Origin: a phage
Sequence record: PV805630.1
Strand: one strand, 5' to 3'
Length of the DNA: 64,000 nt
Shown here: positions 15,721 to 26,039 of the stretch, in pieces
How the letters are laid out: every line of letters starts with the position of its first letter
How positions within the stretch are numbered: position 1 is the stretch's first letter
The notes under the pieces: model-generated
Databases searched by the model: none
The model's input: the letters and a program-made list of their open reading frames with translations, nothing else
Told to the model about the DNA's origin: nothing
Translations under genes and position numbers: made by a program

Positions 15721-18285
15721 ATGTTAGTCGCAGATACCAATCAATCAGCCACTTCAGCGACACTGGGTGGCAAAGAAGCAATCGCCTTTGGCATCTCTGA
15801 TGACCCGGCATTCTTTCACGTATTAAGTACTTCCTTGTATAACAACCCTACACTGGCAGTAGTCCGTGAGACTATCTGTAACAGTTGGGATGCTCATATT
15901 GAAGCAGGTAAGACTGATACTCCTATCCGTATCACTATTGATACTGACAATTTTATTACCTTCCGTGACTTCGGTAACGGTATCCCAGATGAACTCATTG
16001 GTTCCATTTATGGTGTCTATGGGGCATCTACCAAGAAGTCCAACAGTAGTGTTACTGGTGGCTTTGGTTTGGGATGTAAATCCCCATTCGCTTATACAGA
16101 TAGCTTCCAGGTTACCTCATGGAACCAAGGAAAGATGTCTGTATATAACGTAGCTAAGGCTGCAATTGAGAATGATGGTAAACCGGGTATTGTTCCTATT
16201 GTTACTGGTATTCCTACTGAGGAATCTGGTCTGGAAGTTAAATTCCAGTTGGGTAAACATGATGTAAATACCTTTGTACATTACATCACATCAATTGTAT
16301 TTAACGGTGAAATTAAGGCTGAGCTTAGTATTCCCAAACTTGTTCGTGAAGAAACGGGTAATAGTATTCAGCAGGGTAACTACACTCTACTGAATACTCT
16401 AGGTATGTCATTTGAACCTGGTTCATATGATATGTCTGATAGATGGTATCAAGGCTATATGGGTAACAGTACCATCTTTGTTCGCTACGGTAACGTAATG
16501 TACCCAATAGTATCTAGTCCAGCTAGTGAAGAGGCTGTGGGTCTTATTCTCAACTTCATGAATATCATTGGAGCTGATAATTTAGTAGTTCAGGCTGCAC
16601 CGGATACACTAGCGATTGCTCCTAGTCGTGAAACTCTGTCTAACCAGAAGTTAACCGACGATGGCATTACTGCTCTATGTGTAGACTTAGTAGACCGTAT
16701 GGAGAAAGAGATTAAAGCTAAAATTCCTGAAGCTATTAAGCAGATTGAAGAATATGCCTCCCAATCTTCTGCCCGTGACTGGGAATACCCATCTTTCCTT
16801 CTTGCTGTTACAGATGAGATTGTTCGCCGCTATATGTCCTCCAGTTTGTGGGCTAAGCAGCGTAAACATCATGTTAAGCACTGGCGTAATCTATCCAATA
16901 AGGCATTACTAGCTCGCCCTGAATATGCAGGGCTTAAAAAACTGTATAGTAAGGCTATGCGTGCTCTTAAGTGTACGCGTGAAGATAAAACATACTATCA
17001 ATTCCAGGATTTAGTATATCGGCATCTGCACTTACCTCAGCTTGCTGCTTTAAAAGCTACAGGTATTAAGTGGTCTGGTTACATAATGAACCAGGGTAGC
17101 AGTGTTGGCCTGGTAACAGGTAAACTTACTGACTACTTTAAGATGGGCTATAACAGCCATTTGGGTATCGGTATATTCACTACCAAGAACGTTGTAGTTA
17201 CAAGACGTTTATCTGACTGTGCAGACTCTTTCTCATACTTCCCAGAGTACATCCAAGGTGACCTGGAGCGAACAGCTTTTGTTCACGTCGTTGGTCCTAA
17301 GAAAGGGGAAGCAGAGAAAGCTGTAGCTAAGTTCACTGCTATGGGTTATCGGGTTATTGACCTTACTCAATATAATGAGTGGGACAGGCCAACTAACTTC
17401 CGCAGGGAACAGGCTAAGATAGCTGCTGAGAAGCGGGCTAAGACAATAGCTGCCAATAAAACCAAAGCAGGTGGTAAAACTAATGCACTGGTTTCATTGA
17501 ATGCAGTACTTGGTACTTCCCCTGTACGAGATAAAAATGAAGATTTGGTATCTAAACCACACATTGACAAGGATTTTGCTGACCCAAGATTCCATGAGGA
17601 ACCTAGATTCGTCGAAGTGGGACAGCCTAAGTACTACGTACCAGCCAGTCAGGTTGTTTCTGGTAGACCAGAAACTGCCAAGATTGGAACCATGTGGAAA
17701 TGGTGGGAGCTGTCAGATGAGATGAAAGCAGAAACTGTTGTCTGCCGTAATCAAATCGAAGTTAACAAGGCCAAACGTCGTGGTGCTATTCACATTGACG
17801 ATATTCGTCTTAATGAATTGATGTCTGTTATTACCAGCAAGGGATTCAAGAAGTACGCCACTGAACAACGTAACGGTGTTCTTGAGTATCTTGATTTAAA
17901 TGACAAAGAATACTGTGAAATCCTCGACATTCTTGGACTAACATTCAAACCATTACAGAGTCTGGTTCTTAAACCAGAGTACGAATGGGCATGTGACTTC
18001 CTAAGAAATCATTCAAGTAACAAAGATAAACTGGTTGAGATGGGCCTCATTAAGTCAGTAGATGACTTGGAACCATATGTAAGGATGGTTAATCCTCGTA
18101 TGCATAAGTATTTCAAAGTACTTAACGAGTACAAAGGGTTATTTAGATATAGCTGGAATGATAATGACATCCTGCAAAGCCTGGATTTGAGTAGATTAAT
18201 CAAACATCTCAAGAAAAATCCAGAGGATATTCCTGGGTTTAAGCCCCTCTACCGTAATCGTCTAAATAAACTGAAAGGTAAATAA
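15721..18285 (+). CDS. rIIA: rIIA-like protein with GHKL-type ATPase domain
   Basis: N-terminal GHKL-like motifs NSWDAH, DFGNGI, GGFGLGCKS; 854 aa; followed by large partner gene. Confidence 0.65.
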   Translation: MLVADTNQSATSATLGGKEAIAFGISDDPAFFHVLSTSLYNNPTLAVVRETICNSWDAHIEAGKTDTPIRITIDTDNFITFRDFGNGIPDELIGSIYGVYGASTKKSNSSVTGGFGLGCKSPFAYTDSFQVTSWNQGKMSVYNVAKAAIENDGKPGIVPIVTGIPTEESGLEVKFQLGKHDVNTFVHYITSIVFNGEIKAELSIPKLVREETGNSIQQGNYTLLNTLGMSFEPGSYDMSDRWYQGYMGNSTIFVRYGNVMYPIVSSPASEEAVGLILNFMNIIGADNLVVQAAPDTLAIAPSRETLSNQKLTDDGITALCVDLVDRMEKEIKAKIPEAIKQIEEYASQSSARDWEYPSFLLAVTDEIVRRYMSSSLWAKQRKHHVKHWRNLSNKALLARPEYAGLKKLYSKAMRALKCTREDKTYYQFQDLVYRHLHLPQLAALKATGIKWSGYIMNQGSSVGLVTGKLTDYFKMGYNSHLGIGIFTTKNVVVTRRLSDCADSFSYFPEYIQGDLERTAFVHVVGPKKGEAEKAVAKFTAMGYRVIDLTQYNEWDRPTNFRREQAKIAAEKRAKTIAANKTKAGGKTNALVSLNAVLGTSPVRDKNEDLVSKPHIDKDFADPRFHEEPRFVEVGQPKYYVPASQVVSGRPETAKIGTMWKWWELSDEMKAETVVCRNQIEVNKAKRRGAIHIDDIRLNELMSVITSKGFKKYATEQRNGVLEYLDLNDKEYCEILDILGLTFKPLQSLVLKPEYEWACDFLRNHSSNKDKLVEMGLIKSVDDLEPYVRMVNPRMHKYFKVLNEYKGLFRYSWNDNDILQSLDLSRLIKHLKKNPEDIPGFKPLYRNRLNKLKGK

Positions 18286-18289
18286 TCTG

Positions 18290-20335
18290 ATGAAAATCGA
18301 ATTGATTTCTATCATCGCACTGGCAGTTGACAGTCGAAACCTCACACTGTGGAAGCCAGATGGCTCTACGGTTGTATACCCTCAGAGCGACCCACGGGTT
18401 GCTCGTATTGTATCTGAAGCACAGACTAAAGGTCTGGGCACTACCCAGGACCAAATAGAAGTAAACATTGCACCAGAAGTAGAGCTACGTACTGAATATC
18501 TGGAAGCAGAGAAGAACACCAATGGGTTCGTTCGTTTCTTTAAGGTAGCTAAAGCTAAACTCAAAGAGTTCTTCGAAGATGGTACAGGTGTTCAACCAGC
18601 CCGTACCGTCTCAGATATTAAGCTGGGTAATCCTACTAAGACACTGGTATCTAAAGCTATGGATACCTTCCTGGCTATTCAGGCTAATGAACCAGAAGTA
18701 ACAGTAGCAGATGGTTACTATGATAAACGTGACAATCTGATGTGGGTTACTGGTTGGGATAAAGACCATAACCATCTTGCACTGGTTCGTTTTATTAACG
18801 ACGTACTTTGTTGGAGCCATAAACATACTGATCTTACTCTTAGACAAGAATGGCCTATTGCAATTCGTGCAGTATCTGATGATGAAATGGGTGAGTTTGC
18901 TAAACAAGCCCAGAACATCAAAGGTGTACACGTTGTATTTACCAATCGTGGGGAAACACCACTGCCTTACGTGGAAGTAGCTAAAACTACGAACCAGGAT
19001 AAGCTGGCTGCTGCTTCTGAGAAACTGGCTGCATTGGGTGCTATCAGCACCGATGATGCTAACTTCCACACTGATGTGAAGGAAGATGAAGTGGTTGTTG
19101 CTGTTACCAACAATGGGGTTATCCCTGGGGTTGAGAACCTGCAACGTCACCTGCGTCAATCTGCCAAACTGAAAGACTACAAGGGCTTTACTAAGTTCCT
19201 TGAGCGTCTGGCTCCGGTTATTAAAGACCGCCTGCACTCAGTGGAAGACCTGATGAAGTTCATGGAAACTGCTGAACTGCCTATCGCTGATGATGGCTCT
19301 ATCCTGTTTCTGAAACGCCTTGAGTTCAGAGGTGAAGAAAATGGTAAACGTGTATTCGTTGACTGTCACTCGGGTAACATCCGTCAGTGGGTAGGCTGTA
19401 AAGTACAGGTACGGGAAGACCTGGTAGACCCAGACCGTCGTCAGGACTGCTCTAATGGTCTGCACGTAGCATCCATGAGTTACATTCGTACCTTCGGTGG
19501 TAACGTAACTATCCTTGGTAAAGTAGCACCAGAAGATGTATTTGCTGTTCCTGAGTACAACACTAATAAGATGCGTGTAGCTGCGTATCACATTATTGCT
19601 GAACTACCGGAAGAGGAACGTTGCAACGTTAACAATGGCATTTATCTGTCTAAAACAGAAGTGGGTAAGAAACTGCTTAATGATGCCATCGTTGGGAACC
19701 ATAGTTCACCTACCACACTCGTTATGGTTGGTGGGCATCATGGCACTAACCTCAAATACACCAATCTCTCGTCTGGTTCTGTAGAACAGTTCCGTACAGT
19801 TGCTAATAAAGAGGCACTGAATATGGAAGAGTCACTGAATGAAGCTGTAGCTGCTGAACCAGTGAAGGCTACTGACCTTAAACCTATTGTTAATAAGGCT
19901 CCTACTGTGAAAGAACAAATCCAGGAACTGATTAAAGAGTTCCTTAACGCTGCTACTCCAGAAGATAAATTAGCTGCTGCTGATTTACTTGTGGAAATGC
20001 GAGGTAAGGCTCGTAAGCCATGGGCTGCTTTAGGTGTTGGTTCTGATGTGGTGGCTAAGATTGCTGATGTGCGTAGTACTCGCATTCCTGCACCGAAAGC
20101 TGTACCAGTGAAGCAAGCTAAGGTTCATCGCTCGGCTACTGCCACTAAGGTAGCACCGTCAGGTAAACACGCTGATAACCTGCGTAGCATCCTGAACGAT
20201 ACGTCCTACTCTGACTATCAGAAAGGTCATGCTCTACAAGACTATAAGCGTCATGCCAAGAAGTCATTCACTGCAATGGGTCTGACTGAAGAAGAAGCTA
20301 AGTTGGCTACCAAGCTGGTCAAGGCCGTTAAGTAA
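18290..20335 (+). CDS. rIIB: rIIB-like protein (681 aa)
   Basis: Position directly after rIIA-like gene as in T4 and N4-like phages; no motif verified by eye. Confidence 0.5.
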   Translation: MKIELISIIALAVDSRNLTLWKPDGSTVVYPQSDPRVARIVSEAQTKGLGTTQDQIEVNIAPEVELRTEYLEAEKNTNGFVRFFKVAKAKLKEFFEDGTGVQPARTVSDIKLGNPTKTLVSKAMDTFLAIQANEPEVTVADGYYDKRDNLMWVTGWDKDHNHLALVRFINDVLCWSHKHTDLTLRQEWPIAIRAVSDDEMGEFAKQAQNIKGVHVVFTNRGETPLPYVEVAKTTNQDKLAAASEKLAALGAISTDDANFHTDVKEDEVVVAVTNNGVIPGVENLQRHLRQSAKLKDYKGFTKFLERLAPVIKDRLHSVEDLMKFMETAELPIADDGSILFLKRLEFRGEENGKRVFVDCHSGNIRQWVGCKVQVREDLVDPDRRQDCSNGLHVASMSYIRTFGGNVTILGKVAPEDVFAVPEYNTNKMRVAAYHIIAELPEEERCNVNNGIYLSKTEVGKKLLNDAIVGNHSSPTTLVMVGGHHGTNLKYTNLSSGSVEQFRTVANKEALNMEESLNEAVAAEPVKATDLKPIVNKAPTVKEQIQELIKEFLNAATPEDKLAAADLLVEMRGKARKPWAALGVGSDVVAKIADVRSTRIPAPKAVPVKQAKVHRSATATKVAPSGKHADNLRSILNDTSYSDYQKGHALQDYKRHAKKSFTAMGLTEEEAKLATKLVKAVK

Positions 20336-20397
20336 TAGCCTGTTCAAATGCCCTCACTTATAATAAAGTGAGGGTAAATTTGAAGAGGAAGTGTACT

Positions 20398-20793
20398 ATG
20401 AGTTCTGTATACAGAGTTAATCGCAAAGCAACTGATGAAGACATCATTCGTATGAATGCTGTTGGTCTATCCCTCGCAACTATCGCTAAGACGTTGGGGG
20501 TTCACCCCACTACGGTTACTCTGCGATTGCGTTCTTTAAACATTGAACCAGCCGACACACGTCGGACGTTCATGGAGAATGTACTCCGTCCATTACCAAC
20601 CCATGTGGTAGATTGGCTATCAGAGCAAGTTGGTCCTGCTTATGAGATTCGTTCATATGTAAGGGACTTGATTCTGGAGGCATATAATAATCGCCACCTT
20701 AACCAAGAGAGTGAGCATGACAAGTTCATCCGTTTGTACGCTGGAAAACACACGGCAATGGTTTCTAAAAGCCGTACCAAATCCGACGAGTAA
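20398..20793 (+). CDS. Putative HTH DNA-binding protein (131 aa from ATG 20398)
   Basis: AGGAAG RBS before ATG 20398; helix-turn-helix-like segment NAVGLSLATIAKTLGVHPTTV. Confidence 0.45.
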   Translation: MSSVYRVNRKATDEDIIRMNAVGLSLATIAKTLGVHPTTVTLRLRSLNIEPADTRRTFMENVLRPLPTHVVDWLSEQVGPAYEIRSYVRDLILEAYNNRHLNQESEHDKFIRLYAGKHTAMVSKSRTKSDE

Positions 20794-21178
20794 GAACATT
20801 AGTACCCAGATTGGTTGTCATCTGGAAGAAGTATGTGAAATGTTAGACGAGTTAACTCCTTCCTGCGAAGAAAGTATGCAGGTATTAGCTGAAGCACAAT
20901 CTGCTTTAGGTAAACTGTCCTTACTCATGAAAACAAATCACACAGCTGTTTTCCCAGAAGATGCCAATCGTTTGGCTCTCCTGGACTCACTGGCAGATCA
21001 GATCGTTACAGCAACTGGCGTCGGTACTTTCCTTGGGATGAATGTCCCTGGAGCATTGGCTGAAGTCAATCGCTCAAACTATTCCAAGTTCGAAGATGGG
21101 GAACCTATCTTCAACGAGAACAAGAAAGTCATGAAGGGGAAAGATTATACTCCCCCTGATTTGTCCAGTTTCATTTAA
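20711..21178 (+). CDS. Hypothetical protein, possibly MazG-like; start uncertain (GTG 20711 / ATG 20717 / ATG 20840)
   Basis: Overlaps upstream gene by about 80 nt in another frame; EE/D-rich helices HLEEVCEMLDEL and LLDSLADQ. Confidence 0.35.
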   Translation: MSMTSSSVCTLENTRQWFLKAVPNPTSKNISTQIGCHLEEVCEMLDELTPSCEESMQVLAEAQSALGKLSLLMKTNHTAVFPEDANRLALLDSLADQIVTATGVGTFLGMNVPGALAEVNRSNYSKFEDGEPIFNENKKVMKGKDYTPPDLSSFI

Positions 21179-21180
21179 TG

Positions 21181-21206
21181 AAAGCCCCATTTGGGGCTTT
21201 CTTTCT
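21181..21206 (+). terminator. Intrinsic terminator
   Basis: AAAGCCCC-ATTT-GGGGCTTT followed by CTTTCT. Confidence 0.55.
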
Positions 21207-21695
21207 ATGGAGTCATATATGAATTGGCACGCTTTATTTGAATACATAGATGGAAAGCTCTATTGGAAAGTTAATCCATCTATGGCAGTGCGTATAGGAC
21301 ACGAAGCAGGGTCCATAAATGGAGATGGTTACATTCAAGTAGGTTACAAAGGCCATGTTTATCAAGCACACATAATTGTGTGGGAAATGCACAACGGCCC
21401 GGTTCCACCAGGAATGGTCATAGACCATGACGACAGGAACAGAATCAATAATCGAATAGATAATTTGAACTTAGTTACTCAGTTGCAAAACAATAGAAAC
21501 AAGTCCAAAAGTAAAAGAAACACATCTGGTGTTACTGGTGTGTACTGGCACAAACGTGACCAGAGATGGGTAGCATCAATCAGGATAGAAGGTAAGCTGA
21601 AACAGTTGGGTCAGACTACCTGTCTGGAGGAAGCTATTAAATTAAGAAGGGAAGCTGAAATAAAACATGGCTTCCATAAAAACCATGGTAAATAA
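21207..21695 (+). CDS. HNH homing endonuclease with AP2 DNA-binding domain
   Basis: IDHDDRNRINNRIDNL HNH motif; GVTGVYWHKRDQRWVASIRIEGK AP2-type domain; alternative ATG 21219 has better RBS. Confidence 0.8.
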   Translation: MESYMNWHALFEYIDGKLYWKVNPSMAVRIGHEAGSINGDGYIQVGYKGHVYQAHIIVWEMHNGPVPPGMVIDHDDRNRINNRIDNLNLVTQLQNNRNKSKSKRNTSGVTGVYWHKRDQRWVASIRIEGKLKQLGQTTCLEEAIKLRREAEIKHGFHKNHGK

Positions 21696-21707
21696 CTGGA
21701 GATTTAA

Positions 21708-23018
21708 ATGTTTTCCAAACCTACCAAAGCCCCATTGAACCAGGGGCAAGAAGCGGTTGCGAAGGAGTTCTTCGACTTCCTGCTCGACCCTAATGCCACA
21801 GAGTTCGGAATCAGTGGACCTGGAGGAACTGGTAAGACATTCCTGATGTCGCACCTCATTGATGACACTATGCCTGCATATATGGAAACCTGTTCTCTGA
21901 TGGGAACCAAGCCTCTGTATAACGAAGTTGTCATGACTGCGACCACGAACAAAGCTGCTGAAGTTCTGGCTCAAGCTACTGGGCGTCCAACGTCTACCTA
22001 TCATTCCTTCCAGGGACTGATTGTTAAGAATGACTTTAAGACCGGTGAGGCTAATGTCGTACCGTCTAAGTCATTCACTATTAAGAAGAACAAAATCATC
22101 TTCGTAGACGAAGCATCCATGATTGACCGTCAGTTACTTAAGTATGCACGTGAAGGCACTCACCAGTGTAAACTGGTATTCGTAGGTGATGCTTCTCAGC
22201 TTCTACCTGTTAAAGAGAGTAAGTCTCCAGTGTATGCTGGCAATATCCCAACACACTATCTGACTGAACAGATGCGTACCGATTCACCAGAACTCAAAGC
22301 GTTGCATCAGCAATTGCGTGATACGGTGGAAGGTAAGACAGGCTTCCTGCCTATTAAATGTATTCCAGGCATTATTGACTGGGTGCAAGGGGAAGAGATG
22401 GAGAAACTGGTTCTCAGTCACTTCACTCAACCCACTAATAGTCGTATTGTTGCTTACACCAATGACCAGGTTATTAATTACAATAACTACATTCGTGAAG
22501 CTAACGGCTACGTGGGTGAATACTCCATTGGAGAACAGCTTGTTTCTAACTCAGCTGTTCGCTTGGGCGTGGATGACCGTCTGTCTATCGAGCAGGACGT
22601 AAAACTCATTGACCAAGATAGCAGTACTCGCATGATTCAAGTCACAGGCGACCTGGAACTAGAAGTCCGTGATAGTACTCTAGACCTTGGTTATGGTGGT
22701 ATTGTTAGTGAAGTTCCAATTCCTACTGACCCGGACTACTTCAACCGTTTGGTTAAGTGGTTAGGTAAAGAGAAGAACTGGGAACCTTACTTCCGTCTTA
22801 AAGAAACCATTCCAGACCTACGTGCTACTCATGCATGTACTGTTCATAAATCACAAGGCTCTACTTACGACACAATCTTCATTGATGCAAATGACCTCTC
22901 AAGCTGTCGCCAACCTGATATGGTTGCCCGTCTGCTTTACGTCGCTGTGTCTCGTGCCCGTAAGCGTGTAGTGTTCTATGGCAATCTTGCCAGTAAGTAC
23001 GGTGGTCTAACTTTCTAA
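21708..23018 (+). CDS. SF1 DNA helicase (Dda/RecD-like, N4 gp37-like)
   Basis: Walker A GPGGTGKT, Walker B IFVDEASM, motif VI-like VAVSRARKR; GGAG RBS. Confidence 0.85.
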   Translation: MFSKPTKAPLNQGQEAVAKEFFDFLLDPNATEFGISGPGGTGKTFLMSHLIDDTMPAYMETCSLMGTKPLYNEVVMTATTNKAAEVLAQATGRPTSTYHSFQGLIVKNDFKTGEANVVPSKSFTIKKNKIIFVDEASMIDRQLLKYAREGTHQCKLVFVGDASQLLPVKESKSPVYAGNIPTHYLTEQMRTDSPELKALHQQLRDTVEGKTGFLPIKCIPGIIDWVQGEEMEKLVLSHFTQPTNSRIVAYTNDQVINYNNYIREANGYVGEYSIGEQLVSNSAVRLGVDDRLSIEQDVKLIDQDSSTRMIQVTGDLELEVRDSTLDLGYGGIVSEVPIPTDPDYFNRLVKWLGKEKNWEPYFRLKETIPDLRATHACTVHKSQGSTYDTIFIDANDLSSCRQPDMVARLLYVAVSRARKRVVFYGNLASKYGGLTF

Positions 23019-23028
23019 GGGAGAGTAT

Positions 23029-23559
23029 ATGCCTCAGATTGGTTCAGCGACTATTGGTCAGGTTGCCAATAGTAGTGAGATAGTCAAACACCTGTTCTTA
23101 GCAGAGCTGGTTCGTCTTGATGGTGTGTTAAACGGCATTATTGATAAGAATGATCGTATCAATGGCGTAGACGTATCGGCGGGATTTCTTCATCAAGGGG
23201 AGTTCTATCAGCGTTCTAATGCTACCAGACCTCCAACCTACGGTGAACGATTAACGCTTAATCCAGAACTATGGCCTGCAATGGACAAGTATCTGAAAGC
23301 CTCCAGTCGTCTGATTATGGAAGTACACCTTGTGAACCAGACTGTATATCGACTGGTTCGTGGTTGTATGTCCTACCAGGATGTACGTGATGCTTTGCCC
23401 GAATGTCTGGTAGCACAAGACCAGACTGGACAGTACAAAGGACTACCGCGTACTCGTGAAGCAGCTTGGACTCTTGCTGGTGATGCTATGGCAATCAAAC
23501 AGTATGAGAAGATTCTTCCTTCTATTGAGTATTATGCAGCTTCCCATCTGATTTTCTAA
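23029..23559 (+). CDS. Hypothetical protein (176 aa)
   Basis: ATG with AAGGGAGAG RBS. Confidence 0.5.
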   Translation: MPQIGSATIGQVANSSEIVKHLFLAELVRLDGVLNGIIDKNDRINGVDVSAGFLHQGEFYQRSNATRPPTYGERLTLNPELWPAMDKYLKASSRLIMEVHLVNQTVYRLVRGCMSYQDVRDALPECLVAQDQTGQYKGLPRTREAAWTLAGDAMAIKQYEKILPSIEYYAASHLIF

Positions 23560-23568
23560 GGTAAAGCT

Positions 23569-25386
23569 ATGCGTTACATCACCTCTCAGGATACTGGCAA
23601 GTATCCTATTGCTATCCTCGGTCATCAAATCCGAAGGGAGGAGATGATTAAAACCTACCTGCTGCCTTATGACCTAAGCATGGAAGATTTCATCTTCCTT
23701 GAACTTCATTCTGCCCCTGGCAAGAAGAAAACTCCTGCAAGGGAGATTAAGGAGTTCATACAGCAGGAACTGCAACAAGTACTGGATGATGCAGAGACTC
23801 AATACATTATCTGTACCGATTCTGACTACTTTAAAATACTGACTAAAGAAGCTAAAGCAGAAGCTAACCTCGGCTATGTTTGTGACTCAGTATGGGGTAA
23901 GCAGAAGGTTATCTATACACCTAGTTACAGACAGGTCTTTTACGACCCACCAGTAGTGAAAGCCAAGATTGCTCAGGGTATGGATGCATTACTTAACCAC
24001 ATTCGTGGGCAGTATGCTGAACCAGGACAGGGAATTATTGAGTTTGAAGCCTATCCGGATACACCCGAAAAGATTAAAGCCTGGTTAGACCAGTTGCTTG
24101 AGATGAATAAGCCTCTGGCTATAGACATCGAATCATTCGGTTTAAAGCACTATAACGCAGGTATAGGAACTATTACGTTCTGTTGGAGTAAGACACAAGG
24201 CATAGCCTTTAATGTGGACTACGAGCCGATTAAGGGGGCTACTGAAGCCCCTTATGGGCGTATTAACAGGAATGATGTTGTTCGTAACCTGTTACGTGAG
24301 TTCTTCATTAAATACACTCAACGGCAGATGTATCACAACATTAGCTATGACGTGTACATACTTATCTATCAGTTATTCATGGATAACCTGATTGATACAG
24401 AAGGCTTACTGCATGGCATGGAAATCATGCTACGTAACTGGGACTGTACTAAGTTAATCACCTACCTGGCTACTAACAGTTGTGCCGGTAATCACCTTAG
24501 TCTGAAAGATCAGGCTCAGGAGTATGCTGGTAACTATGCTCAGGATGACATTAAAGACATACGTCTTATTCCTAATGAGCAACTGTTACGCTACAACCTC
24601 ATTGATGGTTTGTGTACGTGGTACACCTACGAGAAGCACTGGGATACTCTCATTGCTGATGACCAACTGGATGTTTACAACAACATCTTTAAACCAGCCT
24701 GTGAAGACATTATTCAGATGCAGTTAACCGGTATGCCCATGAATATGGAAACCGTTAACCAAGTAGCTGAAGAGATGGAAACTGACAGGAATCAGGCTCT
24801 GAAAACTATTCGTGAGTCTAAGCTCATGAAGAACTTCACCCTGATGCTTCGGCAGGAATGGGTAGACGATAAGAATGCTAAGCTTAAGAAGAAGCAGGTA
24901 ACACTGGCTGATTGTGACATCGAGTTTAATCCTAATTCAGGGCCACAATTACAGAAACTGTTATTTGATTATATTGGCTTACCGGTCCTTGGTCTTACTA
25001 AGAGCAAGCAACCTGCTACTGACGGTGACACTATTAAAGCACTGCGTACACATACGCAGAGTGAAGATGTTAAGGAACTGCTCAATGCACTTATCGACTA
25101 TAAACTCGTGGATAAGATTATCACTAGTTTTATACCAGCTTTCAGGAATGCCCAACCGGGGCCGGATGGCTGGCACTATCTGTTCGGAAACCTCAATCTG
25201 GGAGGCACAGTCTCCGGTAGGCTATCGGCTTCAGAGCCAAATCTACAAACAATTCCATCCGGCTCTAAATATGCCAAGAAGATTAAGAAATGCTTCGAAG
25301 CCCCACCCAGTTGTTACTTGCCAAACAGGAATAAGCTGGATACATTAATCCAGTCCCTGAAAAATACAATTGGTGGTGCCGAATGA
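23569..25386 (+). CDS. DNA polymerase (family A), N-terminal fragment: 3'-5' exonuclease plus N-terminal part of polymerase domain
   Basis: Exo I LAIDIESFG; Pol I-like SGRLSASEPNLQTIP and KKCFEAP just before the stop; catalytic motifs A/B/C absent from this ORF. Confidence 0.85.
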   Translation: MRYITSQDTGKYPIAILGHQIRREEMIKTYLLPYDLSMEDFIFLELHSAPGKKKTPAREIKEFIQQELQQVLDDAETQYIICTDSDYFKILTKEAKAEANLGYVCDSVWGKQKVIYTPSYRQVFYDPPVVKAKIAQGMDALLNHIRGQYAEPGQGIIEFEAYPDTPEKIKAWLDQLLEMNKPLAIDIESFGLKHYNAGIGTITFCWSKTQGIAFNVDYEPIKGATEAPYGRINRNDVVRNLLREFFIKYTQRQMYHNISYDVYILIYQLFMDNLIDTEGLLHGMEIMLRNWDCTKLITYLATNSCAGNHLSLKDQAQEYAGNYAQDDIKDIRLIPNEQLLRYNLIDGLCTWYTYEKHWDTLIADDQLDVYNNIFKPACEDIIQMQLTGMPMNMETVNQVAEEMETDRNQALKTIRESKLMKNFTLMLRQEWVDDKNAKLKKKQVTLADCDIEFNPNSGPQLQKLLFDYIGLPVLGLTKSKQPATDGDTIKALRTHTQSEDVKELLNALIDYKLVDKIITSFIPAFRNAQPGPDGWHYLFGNLNLGGTVSGRLSASEPNLQTIPSGSKYAKKIKKCFEAPPSCYLPNRNKLDTLIQSLKNTIGGAE

Positions 25387-26039
25387 TTGGAAAGAAATTC
25401 AATAGATTGACAATAGTAAGATTCAGTCACAAAGACAAATACTATGCAAAGCATTGGGAATGTCTTTGTGACTGTGGGAACACTACTATAGTCAATATTC
25501 AAAAATTAAAGAGTGGTCATACAAGAAGCTGTGGATGTTTACACAAGGAACGCCCGGGCAACTACAAAGATGGGCGTTCCAAGGAACTCCTATATAAGAT
25601 TTACTACGGTATTCTTGACCGCTGCCATAATGAAAAGTGTTCCACTTATTACAAATATGGAGCCAAAGGCGTAATTGTTTGCGACGAGTGGAGGAATTCA
25701 TATGAAACTTTCCGAGAATGGGCATTATCTTCTGGCTATAAAGTAGGTCTTAGTATTGACAGGATTGATTCTTACAAAGGGTACTCTCCTGACAACTGTA
25801 GGTGGGCAGATAGAAGTACCCAACAAACTAATAAGAGGGTTTGGAGTACAACTCCTTACGTTAGTTACAGTAAGTCGAAAAATAAATGGGTAGGTAGAAT
25901 TACCCATTTAGGTAAGAGAGTAGAAATCCTAGTAGATAAAGATTTAGATGCTGTTATGAATGCGGTTATTGCTTATGTATTAGCAAATAACATGGTTGAA
26001 CAGGAGAAGGTACTTCGTAATGCAGGACTTATTAAATAA
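25383..26039 (+). CDS. HNH homing endonuclease inserted in the DNA polymerase gene
   Basis: LSIDRIDSYKGYSPDNCRW HNH_3 motif; Cys cluster CLCDCG...SCGC; AP2-like C-terminus NKWVGRITHLGKRVEIL; ATG overlaps polymerase stop. Confidence 0.8.
   Translation: MIGKKFNRLTIVRFSHKDKYYAKHWECLCDCGNTTIVNIQKLKSGHTRSCGCLHKERPGNYKDGRSKELLYKIYYGILDRCHNEKCSTYYKYGAKGVIVCDEWRNSYETFREWALSSGYKVGLSIDRIDSYKGYSPDNCRWADRSTQQTNKRVWSTTPYVSYSKSKNKWVGRITHLGKRVEILVDKDLDAVMNAVIAYVLANNMVEQEKVLRNAGLIK

Noticed and set aside
18611-19591. Minus-strand ORFs inside the rIIB-like gene
   Set aside because: Antisense to a long well-supported plus-strand ORF; hydrophobic low-complexity translations.
25383-26039. Intein inside the DNA polymerase
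   Set aside because: The intervening ORF is in a different frame with its own start and stop overlapping the flanking ORFs, so it is not an in-frame protein-splicing element; free-standing endonuclease or group I intron are the remaining options.
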